64,000 nucleotides of DNA from Strigamia acuminata (lineage: Eukaryota): contig OX442314.1 in NCBI GenBank assembly GCA_949358305.1, positions 7,068,001 to 7,132,000 of the forward strand, in the 5' to 3' direction. The translations under genes and the position numbers were made by a program. Positions 49,731 through 60,800 of the stretch are shown piece by piece (the first letter of the stretch is position 1; the number at the start of each line of letters is the position of its first letter). The notes beneath the pieces were generated by a model. The model searched no databases, was not told where the DNA came from, and saw nothing but the letters and a program-made list of their open reading frames with translations.

Positions 49731-51628
49731 TTACGCCTCCAGCTGCCTTGCCGCCAAAAGGGCGTGTTGGAAGGCCCTGTAAGGTCAAAGTGGTTCCTTC
49801 TGATCCTGTGCCTAAAAGGAAAAGAGGACGGCCACCAAAACAAAAACGTAAAGTTGGAAGACCCAAAAAGGTTGTATCACCTGCAGGAAGTGAGCTTTCG
49901 TCTTCACCAGCGTCACCAGTTTCGAATAGAGGAAAATCTGGTAGCGAGCGATTTTTGAGTGACCATAGTTCCGACGAATATCGGACTACGGTGCCACCTT
50001 TGCCGACGCGACCAACTACGCGGTCGAGGCAGACTCAACAACCTTTGGTGGACGGCCAAGTCTCGCCATACGAATCCGAAGATTTGGATGAAGATCGACC
50101 GGCTGAGCATCCGGCTTACGAGCTTCTGCCAACTCAGAAAAGAATGAGGGAAGTTCAGTTGGCTGATGGTTGGGCGAAGGGTATTATAATGTATCTGGAT
50201 ACTGGGCATTTGCCGCCTGACGAAGACGAGGCTGAGAAAATCAAAAAGCAATCTGTTGACATGGCTTTGTATCATGGGCTTCTGTGCAGGTATCCGCCAG
50301 TGACAATTGGCCAGCGCGCTCAATCGCGTCGTATTTACTTGCCAGAGCCTTTGAGGCGAATTTATTTTCACTGCCTTCACTTCCCGCCAACTTCTGGCCA
50401 CCTTGGAATTGAAAAGACCATGATGCGTTTAAAAACGCGTGTTTTTTGGCCAGGAATGAAGCGGGATGTGGCTGAGTGGATCAAGGTATGCGGGCCATGC
50501 CAGAGAGCAAAGGTCGAGCGGCGTTTGCCAATGGGAGAAATGGAGACGGCAAAACCACGCCGTCGTTTCAGAACCATTTACGTCGACTACTTTGGGAAAA
50601 AGTTGAAGTCTAGCCAGGGTAATTGCTACGCGTTCGTGATGGTGGATGCGGCTAGCAGATGGGTTGACGTTCGGCTTACTGAAAATGCAGATGTGCCAAC
50701 TACCATCAGGCAAATTGAGAAATTTGTGCAACGTTGGGCCTTCCCAAAGACTTTAATTAGTGACAATGCGCCTACTTTTCGTTCTGCGCGTTTTCAAGCG
50801 CACTGTGCGGGAATGGGCATTGTGAACAAGTACATATCTGTGTATCATCCGCAAGGGAATTTGGCGGAGCGCCTAAACCAGTCGCTGAAGACCTGCATTC
50901 TCGCGTACATCGACGAACACGTGAATTGGGACCGTCATATTGGCTACTTCATTTTGGCCATTAATGCCAGCTATCAAACATCGCTGAAGTTCTCACCATA
51001 TATGATGATCGTTGGGCAGGAAGCGCGTTATCCAGGCGACCTCGACAGCGACACCGACGACGGGGATCCTCTCCCGCCGGATGAGGCGAGGTATTTACAT
51101 CGTTACATGCTACGCGTCGGAGCCGAGGCGCGGAAGAACTTGGAGATAGCGAACCTGCGACATAAGCGATGGTACGATCGGAAACGGCGGCCCCACGACT
51201 TCAAGCCTGGCGACTGGGTCACGCTGAAGAGCAGGATCTTGTCGTCGGCGGACAAGCAGGTTTCAGCGGGTTTCCAGCAGCGTACAGAAGGGATTTACAT
51301 CATCCACCGGATCATCGGACCGAATACCGTGCTGCTGATGAAGGAGGACGGAAGTGTTACACAACCTTACCACATTGTGGACCTCCGACATTGGTATCGC
51401 GACCGGGATGAAGACGCGAAGGACTCGGAGGATGTTCCGGACCCGCTGGAAGCGCTGAGTGCTGTTGAAGATGGTTGCGGCGCCAGTTTCATTTCCCGGG
51501 TGGATCTGGACGATATACACGCCCGAGTGGACAAATTCAGTGCGGAATCACGTGATATTTGCATAAAATATTATGCCGAGAACGATATTCGGTATAATGA
51601 TTGTGAACAGGAAGAGGATCCGCCATAA
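49676..51628 (+). CDS. Gypsy C integrase with N-terminal AT-hook linker, in the -1 frame relative to RT-RH
   Basis: KRKRGRPPK; HHCC (H..GHLG..CGPC); YVDYFG, ISDNAPTF and YHPQGNLAER; C-terminal FKPGDWV. Confidence 0.92.
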   Translation: MPADMENAVFGAHQLSGVITPPAALPPKGRVGRPCKVKVVPSDPVPKRKRGRPPKQKRKVGRPKKVVSPAGSELSSSPASPVSNRGKSGSERFLSDHSSDEYRTTVPPLPTRPTTRSRQTQQPLVDGQVSPYESEDLDEDRPAEHPAYELLPTQKRMREVQLADGWAKGIIMYLDTGHLPPDEDEAEKIKKQSVDMALYHGLLCRYPPVTIGQRAQSRRIYLPEPLRRIYFHCLHFPPTSGHLGIEKTMMRLKTRVFWPGMKRDVAEWIKVCGPCQRAKVERRLPMGEMETAKPRRRFRTIYVDYFGKKLKSSQGNCYAFVMVDAASRWVDVRLTENADVPTTIRQIEKFVQRWAFPKTLISDNAPTFRSARFQAHCAGMGIVNKYISVYHPQGNLAERLNQSLKTCILAYIDEHVNWDRHIGYFILAINASYQTSLKFSPYMMIVGQEARYPGDLDSDTDDGDPLPPDEARYLHRYMLRVGAEARKNLEIANLRHKRWYDRKRRPHDFKPGDWVTLKSRILSSADKQVSAGFQQRTEGIYIIHRIIGPNTVLLMKEDGSVTQPYHIVDLRHWYRDRDEDAKDSEDVPDPLEALSAVEDGCGASFISRVDLDDIHARVDKFSAESRDICIKYYAENDIRYNDCEQEEDPP

Positions 51629-52980
51629 CAGCCTTCTTTTTATGTTTTTAAAGTGTTTATTAATATTTATTCGTTTTTTAACATTGTTTCAATTTTTATA
51701 AGAGTTTTGGTGTTCGTGTTGATTTTTGTTTATATTGGGATGAGTGTGTTGTTGTGTTTTTTGATGTATTTTGCACTAATATTTGGTTTTAGAATGTTTT
51801 TTACTAATTGTTGATATTCGCTGACGTTTCGAGGGGGAATGCGGGGTTAAAACTCCATTCTTTTCCCGTCGGAGTGTTTACGCGACTTTGTTTTCATTAA
51901 CTTTGACTTTGTAAGCGCTTGGTGTTGTTTTTCATGCTCGGTGACTGTTGCGCGTGTGTGGTCTTGTTTGCGACAGATGGCGCCGGAGTGTCTAGTGTCA
52001 TCTGACCAGTGACGTCACTTGTCAATCGGTGTCTGGCTGCCATCTTGTTTTCGCGACTTGACACGGTGCGCATCGTCTCCACGCGTTCGGGATATTTTGA
52101 ACGCGATTTGTGCTGAAAAACTGAGCGTGGGAACACACCGAGGCGCGTTGATTCTTGTAGTAATACTAACCGTGAGTTTTATTGAAGTTTTGAGTGATTT
52201 TTGATAATTTTTCGCCGCTCGAGCAAACAAGTGTTTTTGAGTGCCGTGACTTGACTTATTTCTCGCCACGTGCCTCTACGCGAAGTTAGGAGAAGTTTAT
52301 GTTAGTTTCTCATTGATTTCATGGTTTTATTTAGTTTTAGAGTCTGATTAACGACAATTTACGCGTGTTTAGAATTTTCTAGTGTTTTTCGTAAATGTAT
52401 TAGTTTCAATTTGCAAAATGCAAGATGGCGTCGCCATACGCCTTAGATTTTTCTTTCGGGTCACGTGATGTCGGCCATCTTTGTCAAGTGCCCGTATGTC
52501 TATAGATGGACTTAGCCAATCTTTGAGCTTGTGCATTTTGCTTTGCTACGCGATAGACTTTGTTCGTTCGCGTGTCGCTCATTAATTGAGTCTAATTGTT
52601 ACGATGAACTTTATACATTTGTGCGAAGATTTTGTATTGTTATTAGATTTTTTGATTAATGTTTTTTCTGTTATTTTTAACTTTTGTTTTGGGTTATTGC
52701 GCATTGGTATTTCGCTCATTTTGATCGTAATCCCATTTCACGCGCTTTGTTTCCTAATTTTCATAACATCAGTGATTTTTAATTGCGAGTACCTTTTTTG
52801 GTTGAGTTACGAGTTGCTACTCGAATTGTATCGCGTAATTTTTTATAATCCGCGTTATTAGCTGTTTAGTTTGTATTTTTTGTTTACTCTTGCTCGAGTG
52901 GTGTAATTTTTGTCATTTGTTGTTTGTATGATTTTTTGATTTGTTTTTGTTGCTTCCGATTTAGTGATTGAATTTATAAT

Positions 52981-54771
52981 ATGACCGGACGTGGTAACGG
53001 ATCGAAGCCCCCGTCGCGTGGTGGAAAGGGCCACAAGGACAAACCACCTGTCGAAACGCGCCGCCAGCGACAGGCGCGTGAGAGATACGTGTGCCCCTAC
53101 CCAGTGCCCGGATTATTTGAGCGAGGCCCGGTCTTGATGCCGAATTATCATCCTGACCACCCGATGTGTCGGGCCTTCCCTAATCGAGAGTTGTGCCCGG
53201 TGTGCTCGGGTTGGGGCCACCTTCGTGATGGTGCGGACGAATGTTTCGCGTGCGAGGGGTTTGGTAATTTGAGACGCGCTCAATTCCGGATTTGGATGCG
53301 GCGCGTGCAGGCCCTGTGTTTGGGGCGGACCATCGCGGATGGACGGGACATTTCGCGTTACGTGCTCCCGAGGATTTTCCAGCCTTTACTCGGTTCCGCC
53401 TCTGATTGTAACCGCTTCGTTATACAACATGAAGCGTACTGGAGGAATACGATGCAGATGGCCGCTCGCGCTGGATTCCGACCGCACAATTGGCAGTATC
53501 CACCGTTGGGGTGCTTGATGTTGGCATTTGGGGTGACGGCGCCGCCATTACCCTCATTTTTTCAACGTTATGCGCTGAGGGAAGCTCCGGTGGCTCCAAG
53601 AGCGGATAGGCTCCCGTCTGTGACCCCGAGACTCCATTCTACGGCTCATAAAAAGCGTGATGATCCAAACGCCTACATCGCCAGGGGAGCAGCGCGATTC
53701 GATGAGGAACGAGACCGCCTCCGAGGAATCGAGGAGCGTAATGAGAATTTACTCCAAGACATCGCGCATTTGCAAGACTTTCATCGCGTTGTGCAAGCGG
53801 GGGTCGCTGCGTGTGATGCGGCTACTGCCGCCGGTTCTTTGGCGATGCCGGCGATTCGACCTGTTCCTATATTGGAGTTGGTCCCCGAGCCCGCTGAGCT
53901 TTCCGTCGAGATTGAGGTGCCGCCGCCGATCGATGAGGTTGCATTGTCTACGGCTTTGTTGCCGGCTGGTGTGTTGATCTGCGAGATGGATGAGATAGCG
54001 ACGCCATTTGGTGTCAATTTGCGTCGCGACTGGGCCGAGAGCGACCTCGACTACCTCATCCGGTGCCACGACGAGGCTGCGCGTCGTCGAGAAGTTGCTG
54101 GTTCGAGGGGAATGATTCCTCATTCTTCCCTTGAACAAATGGAGGACTCAATGGACTACGTGGGTGAGTTACCCAACCTCCGCGTATGTTTAACTGAAGC
54201 CGGCCGAGGAGTCGAGTATTTGCCAGCGGGCGAAGAGTCGGATGATGATGAGGATTCCCGACCGCGGCGACAGCTTTCGCCATTGTTTACTGGCCGTCAA
54301 ACCCAGCGTGACTTGCCTTTTCCGACTCAGCCCGAGGATTTGACCGCTGCCGTTCGAAAATTGGTAGCTGATCAGCATAAGAAGCGCGACTTCGCGACGC
54401 TGCGAGAGCTTGAGTTGTATTTTGAGACGATAATGGCGCGTGCTCATTTTGATGTGATTTTTCCCATGGGAACCCTGGAGTGGGAGGGCCCGTCCCGATG
54501 GCGCAACGATACCTACTTGGAGGCAGATTCCACCCGATGGCGCGAGTTTTTCTATGGAATCATCAAACGCGAACTTGGACTTTCAGAAAGCATGGCGGCC
54601 CTTGTGCACCTTCTTGAGGAGGGGCACATCATGACCCTGCAACGACTGATCGCCAACGTTTTGACCGAATTTCGTCCGCGGAAGGAGCGCCAGTTGGGGG
54701 ATGTCGTGACGTACCGCGCCATTGGTCTAATGAAAGAACTCATTACGGCCATTACGGGGTATGAGTTCTGA
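52981..54771 (+). CDS. Accessory 596-aa ORF in the env position with two CxxCxGxG motifs; function unknown
   Basis: Intact ATG-started ORF between integrase and the 3' LTR. No signal peptide or transmembrane segment is evident. Confidence 0.85.
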   Translation: MTGRGNGSKPPSRGGKGHKDKPPVETRRQRQARERYVCPYPVPGLFERGPVLMPNYHPDHPMCRAFPNRELCPVCSGWGHLRDGADECFACEGFGNLRRAQFRIWMRRVQALCLGRTIADGRDISRYVLPRIFQPLLGSASDCNRFVIQHEAYWRNTMQMAARAGFRPHNWQYPPLGCLMLAFGVTAPPLPSFFQRYALREAPVAPRADRLPSVTPRLHSTAHKKRDDPNAYIARGAARFDEERDRLRGIEERNENLLQDIAHLQDFHRVVQAGVAACDAATAAGSLAMPAIRPVPILELVPEPAELSVEIEVPPPIDEVALSTALLPAGVLICEMDEIATPFGVNLRRDWAESDLDYLIRCHDEAARRREVAGSRGMIPHSSLEQMEDSMDYVGELPNLRVCLTEAGRGVEYLPAGEESDDDEDSRPRRQLSPLFTGRQTQRDLPFPTQPEDLTAAVRKLVADQHKKRDFATLRELELYFETIMARAHFDVIFPMGTLEWEGPSRWRNDTYLEADSTRWREFFYGIIKRELGLSESMAALVHLLEEGHIMTLQRLIANVLTEFRPRKERQLGDVVTYRAIGLMKELITAITGYEF

Positions 54772-57700
54772 GTGTTTTTTGCCTTCGTAAGTGACATTTT
54801 TTCCCGAACGTGACTTTTTTCGCGTAGTTCTTCGCGAAGTTAGTGTTGAACGCGAACTTTTCTTTTGAACAATACCAGTGATATTGACATTTTCCTGAAT
54901 CGTGATTGTTTTATTTTTAGTGTTCCTTGTCGCGCTGATGTTTGAATTTGATTTTTTCTTTACGCGACTTTGAATTTTGTCTTTGATATTTAGTGTAGTG
55001 TATTTCTAGTGTTTAATAAGTGTCGAGATGCCCTTATGGCGTGATTTAATGCGATTAACGCATTCTTGGCCTGGCGCTTATGCTAGTAGTTTTTTTTGTG
55101 TTATTGTTTAGTTTTTAGAAGCGCTTAACGCTTGCGTTGTTTAGTCCGCGCGTTTTGTAGTTTTTGATTTCGGCGCTTAACGTCGCTTGTGTTGTTGAGT
55201 CCACGCGATAAGTTCTCGCGCCTCAAAGTGTTTAATCATTCCAATTGTCATTTGATTTGATTTCTTGTATCGCATTTTACTTTCGTTTTCAGATTTTGAA
55301 CAAGAGATTAAAATACTCTGGTCCGAGGGGCGTGTCACGGCCCGGCATTTACGCGCTTTGTAATCCTCACCTAATTGTTGTGTTGTGCGCGTTATTCCGT
55401 GTGTTTTCCACCATTGTTAAAACTCCCAATAAATCCCTAAACCTATTTGTGTTCGAATTTGAGTTTTGATTTGTCCTCATTTCCTATTCATGTTTATCCT
55501 TTGACCTGGCCTGGTGTGGCTCAATTTGGTCACATCAGACTGGTCTATGTCAGGTAATTCCACTGTTACCCCTCCTGATTTCGTTTAGTCTATCCTTTCT
55601 GATTTAAATGTTTAGTCACTCGCGACTGACTCATCGCGATGATTATTCACGAGCGCGCCTGATTGGCTTACGCGTGCTTGACTCATGGTTCTCCCCTCGT
55701 TTTCTGTGATGGACTTGGCCCAAGTTCACTTCTGAGCTGTTTCAGCCAAGTCTGATCAGAAGGCGTAAGACCATGAGCTATCGTAAGTGCCTTAGCTGGC
55801 CGTTGTGCATTTGGCAGTCTCTCCTGTGTTAACTCACAGTATAACTCCATGCCACGTAATTGTGCATGTTTGAGTATATTCATGGTCATATCGCGTGTCT
55901 AAATTCCGCGTGTCATCTTTGTTTCCTTTCCTTTCGATGTTCTTTTGTGTTTACACGACGTTTTATGCCGCTGACGTGCCTCTGGACTAGAAGTTTAATT
56001 CAAGTAGCTAATGAGTTGTTTATTTCGTCTTTTGCGCGCGATTAGTGCGCGCTTGCTCGGTCTGGCCGCTCCGCCATTAGGGGTCCCTGCCAGATTAGCC
56101 TAAGCCACGTTTGCGTTGTTAAGTCCGCACGTGAGCAGTACTTCTTCCATTTTTAAGGCTCCAACAAACCCGGTAAAATTTGTGAAATGATCGAATAGGG
56201 GAATAAGCTTGCCGCCACCCTCCAGGCTGCTTATTGTTGCCCGGGCCCTTATTCGGGACCAGGCTCTCCCAGTATCGTAACTGGCGCGCCTTTCAAACGC
56301 GGTTTCCAATACCAGAAACAACCGGTTCATGACAAAGTTATAATAAAAATTATTTAAAAAAAATTGTAAAAAGTTATAATAAAAATTATAAAAATTTATA
56401 AAAACTTTGCCTCGCACGTGTCAAGGGTATAGCTTTAATGTAATTTTTTTATTGCTATTTCATATGTATTCTGGTAATCAATTAAAATTTTCACAAATAA
56501 ATGTATATTTTATGAATTTTTTTTTAACTTTGTCAAATAGGTCAAATCTTATAAAATTTTCTGCAATTTCTCACATATTTTTAAAATTTTCTTACATTTG
56601 TCCCATTTTAGACAAAAAGTTTGCCAATTTTCTCACTTTTCTTAATGATGCCAACTTTTTTAAAAAAATTTTCTCAATGTTTAAAATATTATTTTTTGTG
56701 TGAATAATTTTTTTATCACCTGAAAATGCATTTATTTTATTTTATTTTTATTTTTATTGCAATGGTAATTCTTTCTACCGTAAACATTATCAAAAATATG
56801 TATTGCCTACACTGGCCCAGCCCAGCAAAAATTAATTTTGTCACATGAGTGTTGATTTAAAAAATTAAAATTGCTTTCAACACAAATTTATTTTGGAAAA
56901 AAAGCTTTTATATCAGTGCTTCAAATCGCCGCCAGAGTGTGCCACTACCGCAGACTTTTCCATGATTGCCGTGACCGTGCCAAAACAAATTTAAAAAAAG
57001 AACTTTTTCTTCACAATATCAAAAAAAAAATGTACAGGTATATAGGGCATTAAATCCCTTACAAACTGCCGACTGGTTTCGAAATTTACAAAACCTTTAT
57101 CATATAGAAAAAAGCAGTTTAAGAGTCGGAATCGACAATTTGGCATCCATTATAATTTTACTCGTGTACAGGTGGCGCCAGCAACGCCGGAAGTTGAAAC
57201 AAACAAACAAACATTCATGTCAAGTTGCTTAAAAGCCTTTAATAACATCATTTCACTCGGGACGAGTCGAACCGCATTTATTAGCCCATCTTTTCTCTGT
57301 TCAAACATTTTGCAATATCTTAACAGGCAGTTTAATCTTGTCCGACTACTGAAAACAGTATTTACATTTAAAATTTCAATTTGTACATCATTAAAACATC
57401 AATAAATCTATAATTTAAAAAAAAAATGATTCAACATATTAAACCTGAGATAAATTTGTTCATTTGCTCAAAAAATAATCGTAGTAATATAACACGATAA
57501 CACATTACCGAACCAATAATATTCCAATCTAAAATAAAAAACATACAAAGCAAAACCAACCCCCAAAAAATTTCCTCGAAATGATTTAGTTACGGACTCG
57601 ACTTTTTAAGAAGTTACGCAAAACTTAAACAAATCCTTCATAATAAAAAATAAAGTAGCGTCGTATTTATCCAATTAAAAGCTGTATCATCGCGAAAATA

Positions 57701-57860
57701 TAGTATTTTTTTGTATTTAACGTAACAAACATTGAAAGTACGTAAAATACTAAAAAAAATATTAAATTTTCGTGAAAACAAATTGCAAGTTCAGCCGACA
57801 GAGGTCATTTTTGGCTTTATTCGAATAAATACGGTATTATAATTTTAGAACTTTTTTCTT

Positions 57861-60800
57861 TCACTCATTTGGATACGAAGTGATTCTTCGGCTTTTTGGC
57901 AACCGCGAATACCTGATATTCAACCGGTCGCCCATTTTATCCAAAGCCTCCAACACCTGCGATAAACATCAAAACGAACACACATAAACCAGTAAATAAA
58001 TATTCAAACTCAGCCTACGCACCTTATCTAGCATTTGCTTTGTATGAGCAGCAGACAAGCAGAACCGAGCTCGAGATAACATGATGGGCGTTGCTGGGAA
58101 GCCGACACCCACTGTTGCAATGCCGTATTCAGACAGCAAGCGAATAAAAGCCCTAAAAAGAGAAATTTTCAATTTTTATAGTGCAAAAATTTCTTCCCCA
58201 GGTAGGGCTTGAACCCACAACCCCCGCATCGCCCTATACTGCTTATAAGTACGGTGCGCTAACCAATTACGCCACTGGGGACGTGTACAGAACAATGAAA
58301 AAATGTTTATATTGTTTGTAATCAATTTTGTTTTTATCAAAAAATGATTAAACAGACATATGTTTCATCAACATTAAAATGTTCCGTTGATTATTTCATA
58401 ACAGCAAATGATTACGCTATTGTGGTATGAAGTCTGGGTTGTTATCGATTACTACGAGCGAATGTAGGCAGCCATTATGGTTAAACAACTAATATAAGTC
58501 TTTATTCAAATCGAAAAGAAACGATAAATGGCGATTAATGTCTGATCAAACTTTTCCCAAATGGTTGTATTTCCTCCATCTTTAATTTAGAAGTTTGACG
58601 TTTTTGTCGATAGCTGGCGCTTTTGATGACGAAACCAGTGACAAACAAACAGCTTTTTAGCAGATACTCGGCTTCATTTGTTAATTATTTTGGCACTGCG
58701 CCCAGTGATTATCTGACCAAAAAATACTTACGCCATTTTTGCCGGCATGTATATCAGGAGAGGCACAACGGGCGAAGAATCATTGCCACAAATGATAAAT
58801 CCCATTTCTTTTAACCGTCTTCGGAAATACCACGTGTTTTTAGCTAACTGTTTAATCCTTCTTGCACCCTCCGTAGTCCCATCTGCACCCATAATTATTT
58901 CCATGGAAGATATAATTTGTTGAGCAACCGGTGCCGACATGCTGGCAGCGTAGAACATGGCGTGCGAATGTCTTCTAATGTGCTCGATGAATTCCTGTAA
59001 CGGGAGATTTGTTCAATGTTGCAATCGACGCCCCAGTAGCACAAATGTGTAAAGCTAGGTTCACACTTGTGTTCACACTAGACGCAACGCAAGCCGCTTG
59101 CGTCCAAAACTTCTTGACGTTGACGCAAATTCCTGCTTCGTCTCCAAGTTGAAGAAGCGACGCAATGCAAGGAAAGGTCTTGCGGCCAACCAATCACGAT
59201 CGACTCCAACTCTCGTCGATTCACGTCTGGTTGGCGACACTTTGCCACGTGCAAACAGGCCACCATTTTCGGATTCTAGAACAAGTTCTAGAACTAGATC
59301 CAATTCCAGGTTTCATTGAAACCATCTGATTGTCCAGACGCAACATCAATTGTTTCAGCTCTGTTCACGCGTGCCCTACAGTGTGAACAGACTCGGCGTT
59401 GCGTTTGACTAATTTTTCCTTGCATTGCTTTGCGTCGCCCCTAGTGTGAACCTAGCTTTACTTGGGCAACATACCTTTTTCCCGGCAATGTATCCGCCGC
59501 TCGCTCCAAAGCTTTTCGTGAAAGTTCCCATTAACAGATCAACATCCATGGGATTGCAATTGAAGTAATCGACTACCCCTCGACCATGTCGTCCCAACGA
59601 TCCGATGCTATGCGCTTCGTCAACGTATAAATATGCTTTGTACTTCTTCTTCAGGTAAATTAGTTGAGGTAACTGAATGATAGATCCTTCCATGCTATTT
59701 AAATAGTAAAAAGAAAAATTTCAGTTGATTACTCAGTAACTACCATACGGTATATCTTCGAATTGCTCGCGGAGCTTCGATTGCGCAGATGCAAATTGCA
59801 ATTTACATTCGAAACATGTGCAAAACATTTCATTTATCCATTTAAAACGTCGTGAAAATGTTTTAAAAACTTACGTGGCAGATATTAAGTTGTTATAATC
59901 ATGTGATCACCTTAAGTTCCACCATTATTTGGGTACCAAAAATGATGATGTTTTTGAAGAATGTGATAACAATAGTTCAGACAATATTGCCATAAATGAC
60001 AGAAACGAATCAAGTAAAGAAGAAAGATTAATTTTGAAAATAATAATTAAAAGTAAAGTTTAAGAATTTTTTCTAATAATAAAATACCGTATTTTCTCTA
60101 TTGAGAGTCGCCCTCGAATAGTAGCCGCTACTATTCGCAAACTTTTGTAACCACACAGGAAAAGGTTAATGAAACATTCGTCAATGATGACGGTTATTTA
60201 GATAGAAATTTTTTTTAAAAATTGAAATTTCAGTGGAAAAAAGTAAAATTTCAATGAAAAAATTAAAATTTCAATGAAAAAATTAAAATTTCAATGAAAA
60301 AATTAAAATTTCAATGAAAAAATTAAAATTTCAATAAAAAAATTGAAATTTCAATCAAAATATGGTAAACAATTGTAATAAGAGCTGCCCTCGATTAAGA
60401 GCCGCGGCTCAGGATGCCCGCTTTGAATAAGAGCCGCTGCTCGCACTCGAGTAAATACAGCACTTTTTTTCAAAAAATTGTCTCTCTCCGTCTTTTGGTC
60501 TGATGCGTCTTTTCGTCCAAAAAATATTTTATTTTTAAAATTTGACGGATAAATTTAGGAGGTGCGTCTTATTCTCCGAAGCACCCTATGGTATGTAAAA
60601 TACAGTATACTCTGGACAACTGTAACTTGGGCCTATTTCCCATTGGATGAGCCTCATTACTCCTAACTGTGGTCTGTGTGCTACCACGAGGAAAACTAGT
60701 TCACTTTGGTTTCAAATTTGTTTCATTATTTTTATCATTAAAATTCTGCAATATTGTTTGTATTTTATCAGAAAATGTATCTTCCAAGTCATAAAATAAA

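Larger units (their letters stand above)
43714..56334 (+). mobile_element. Young full-length Ty3/Gypsy element 'Gypsy C' (12.6 kb) with an extra ORF
   Basis: Apparently identical 1002-bp TG..CA LTRs (43714-44715, 55333-56334) with 4-bp TSD aagt. tRNA-Phe PBS TGGTGCCGAAACCCGGGA at 44718-44735 and PPT gaggggcg. Confidence 0.97.
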
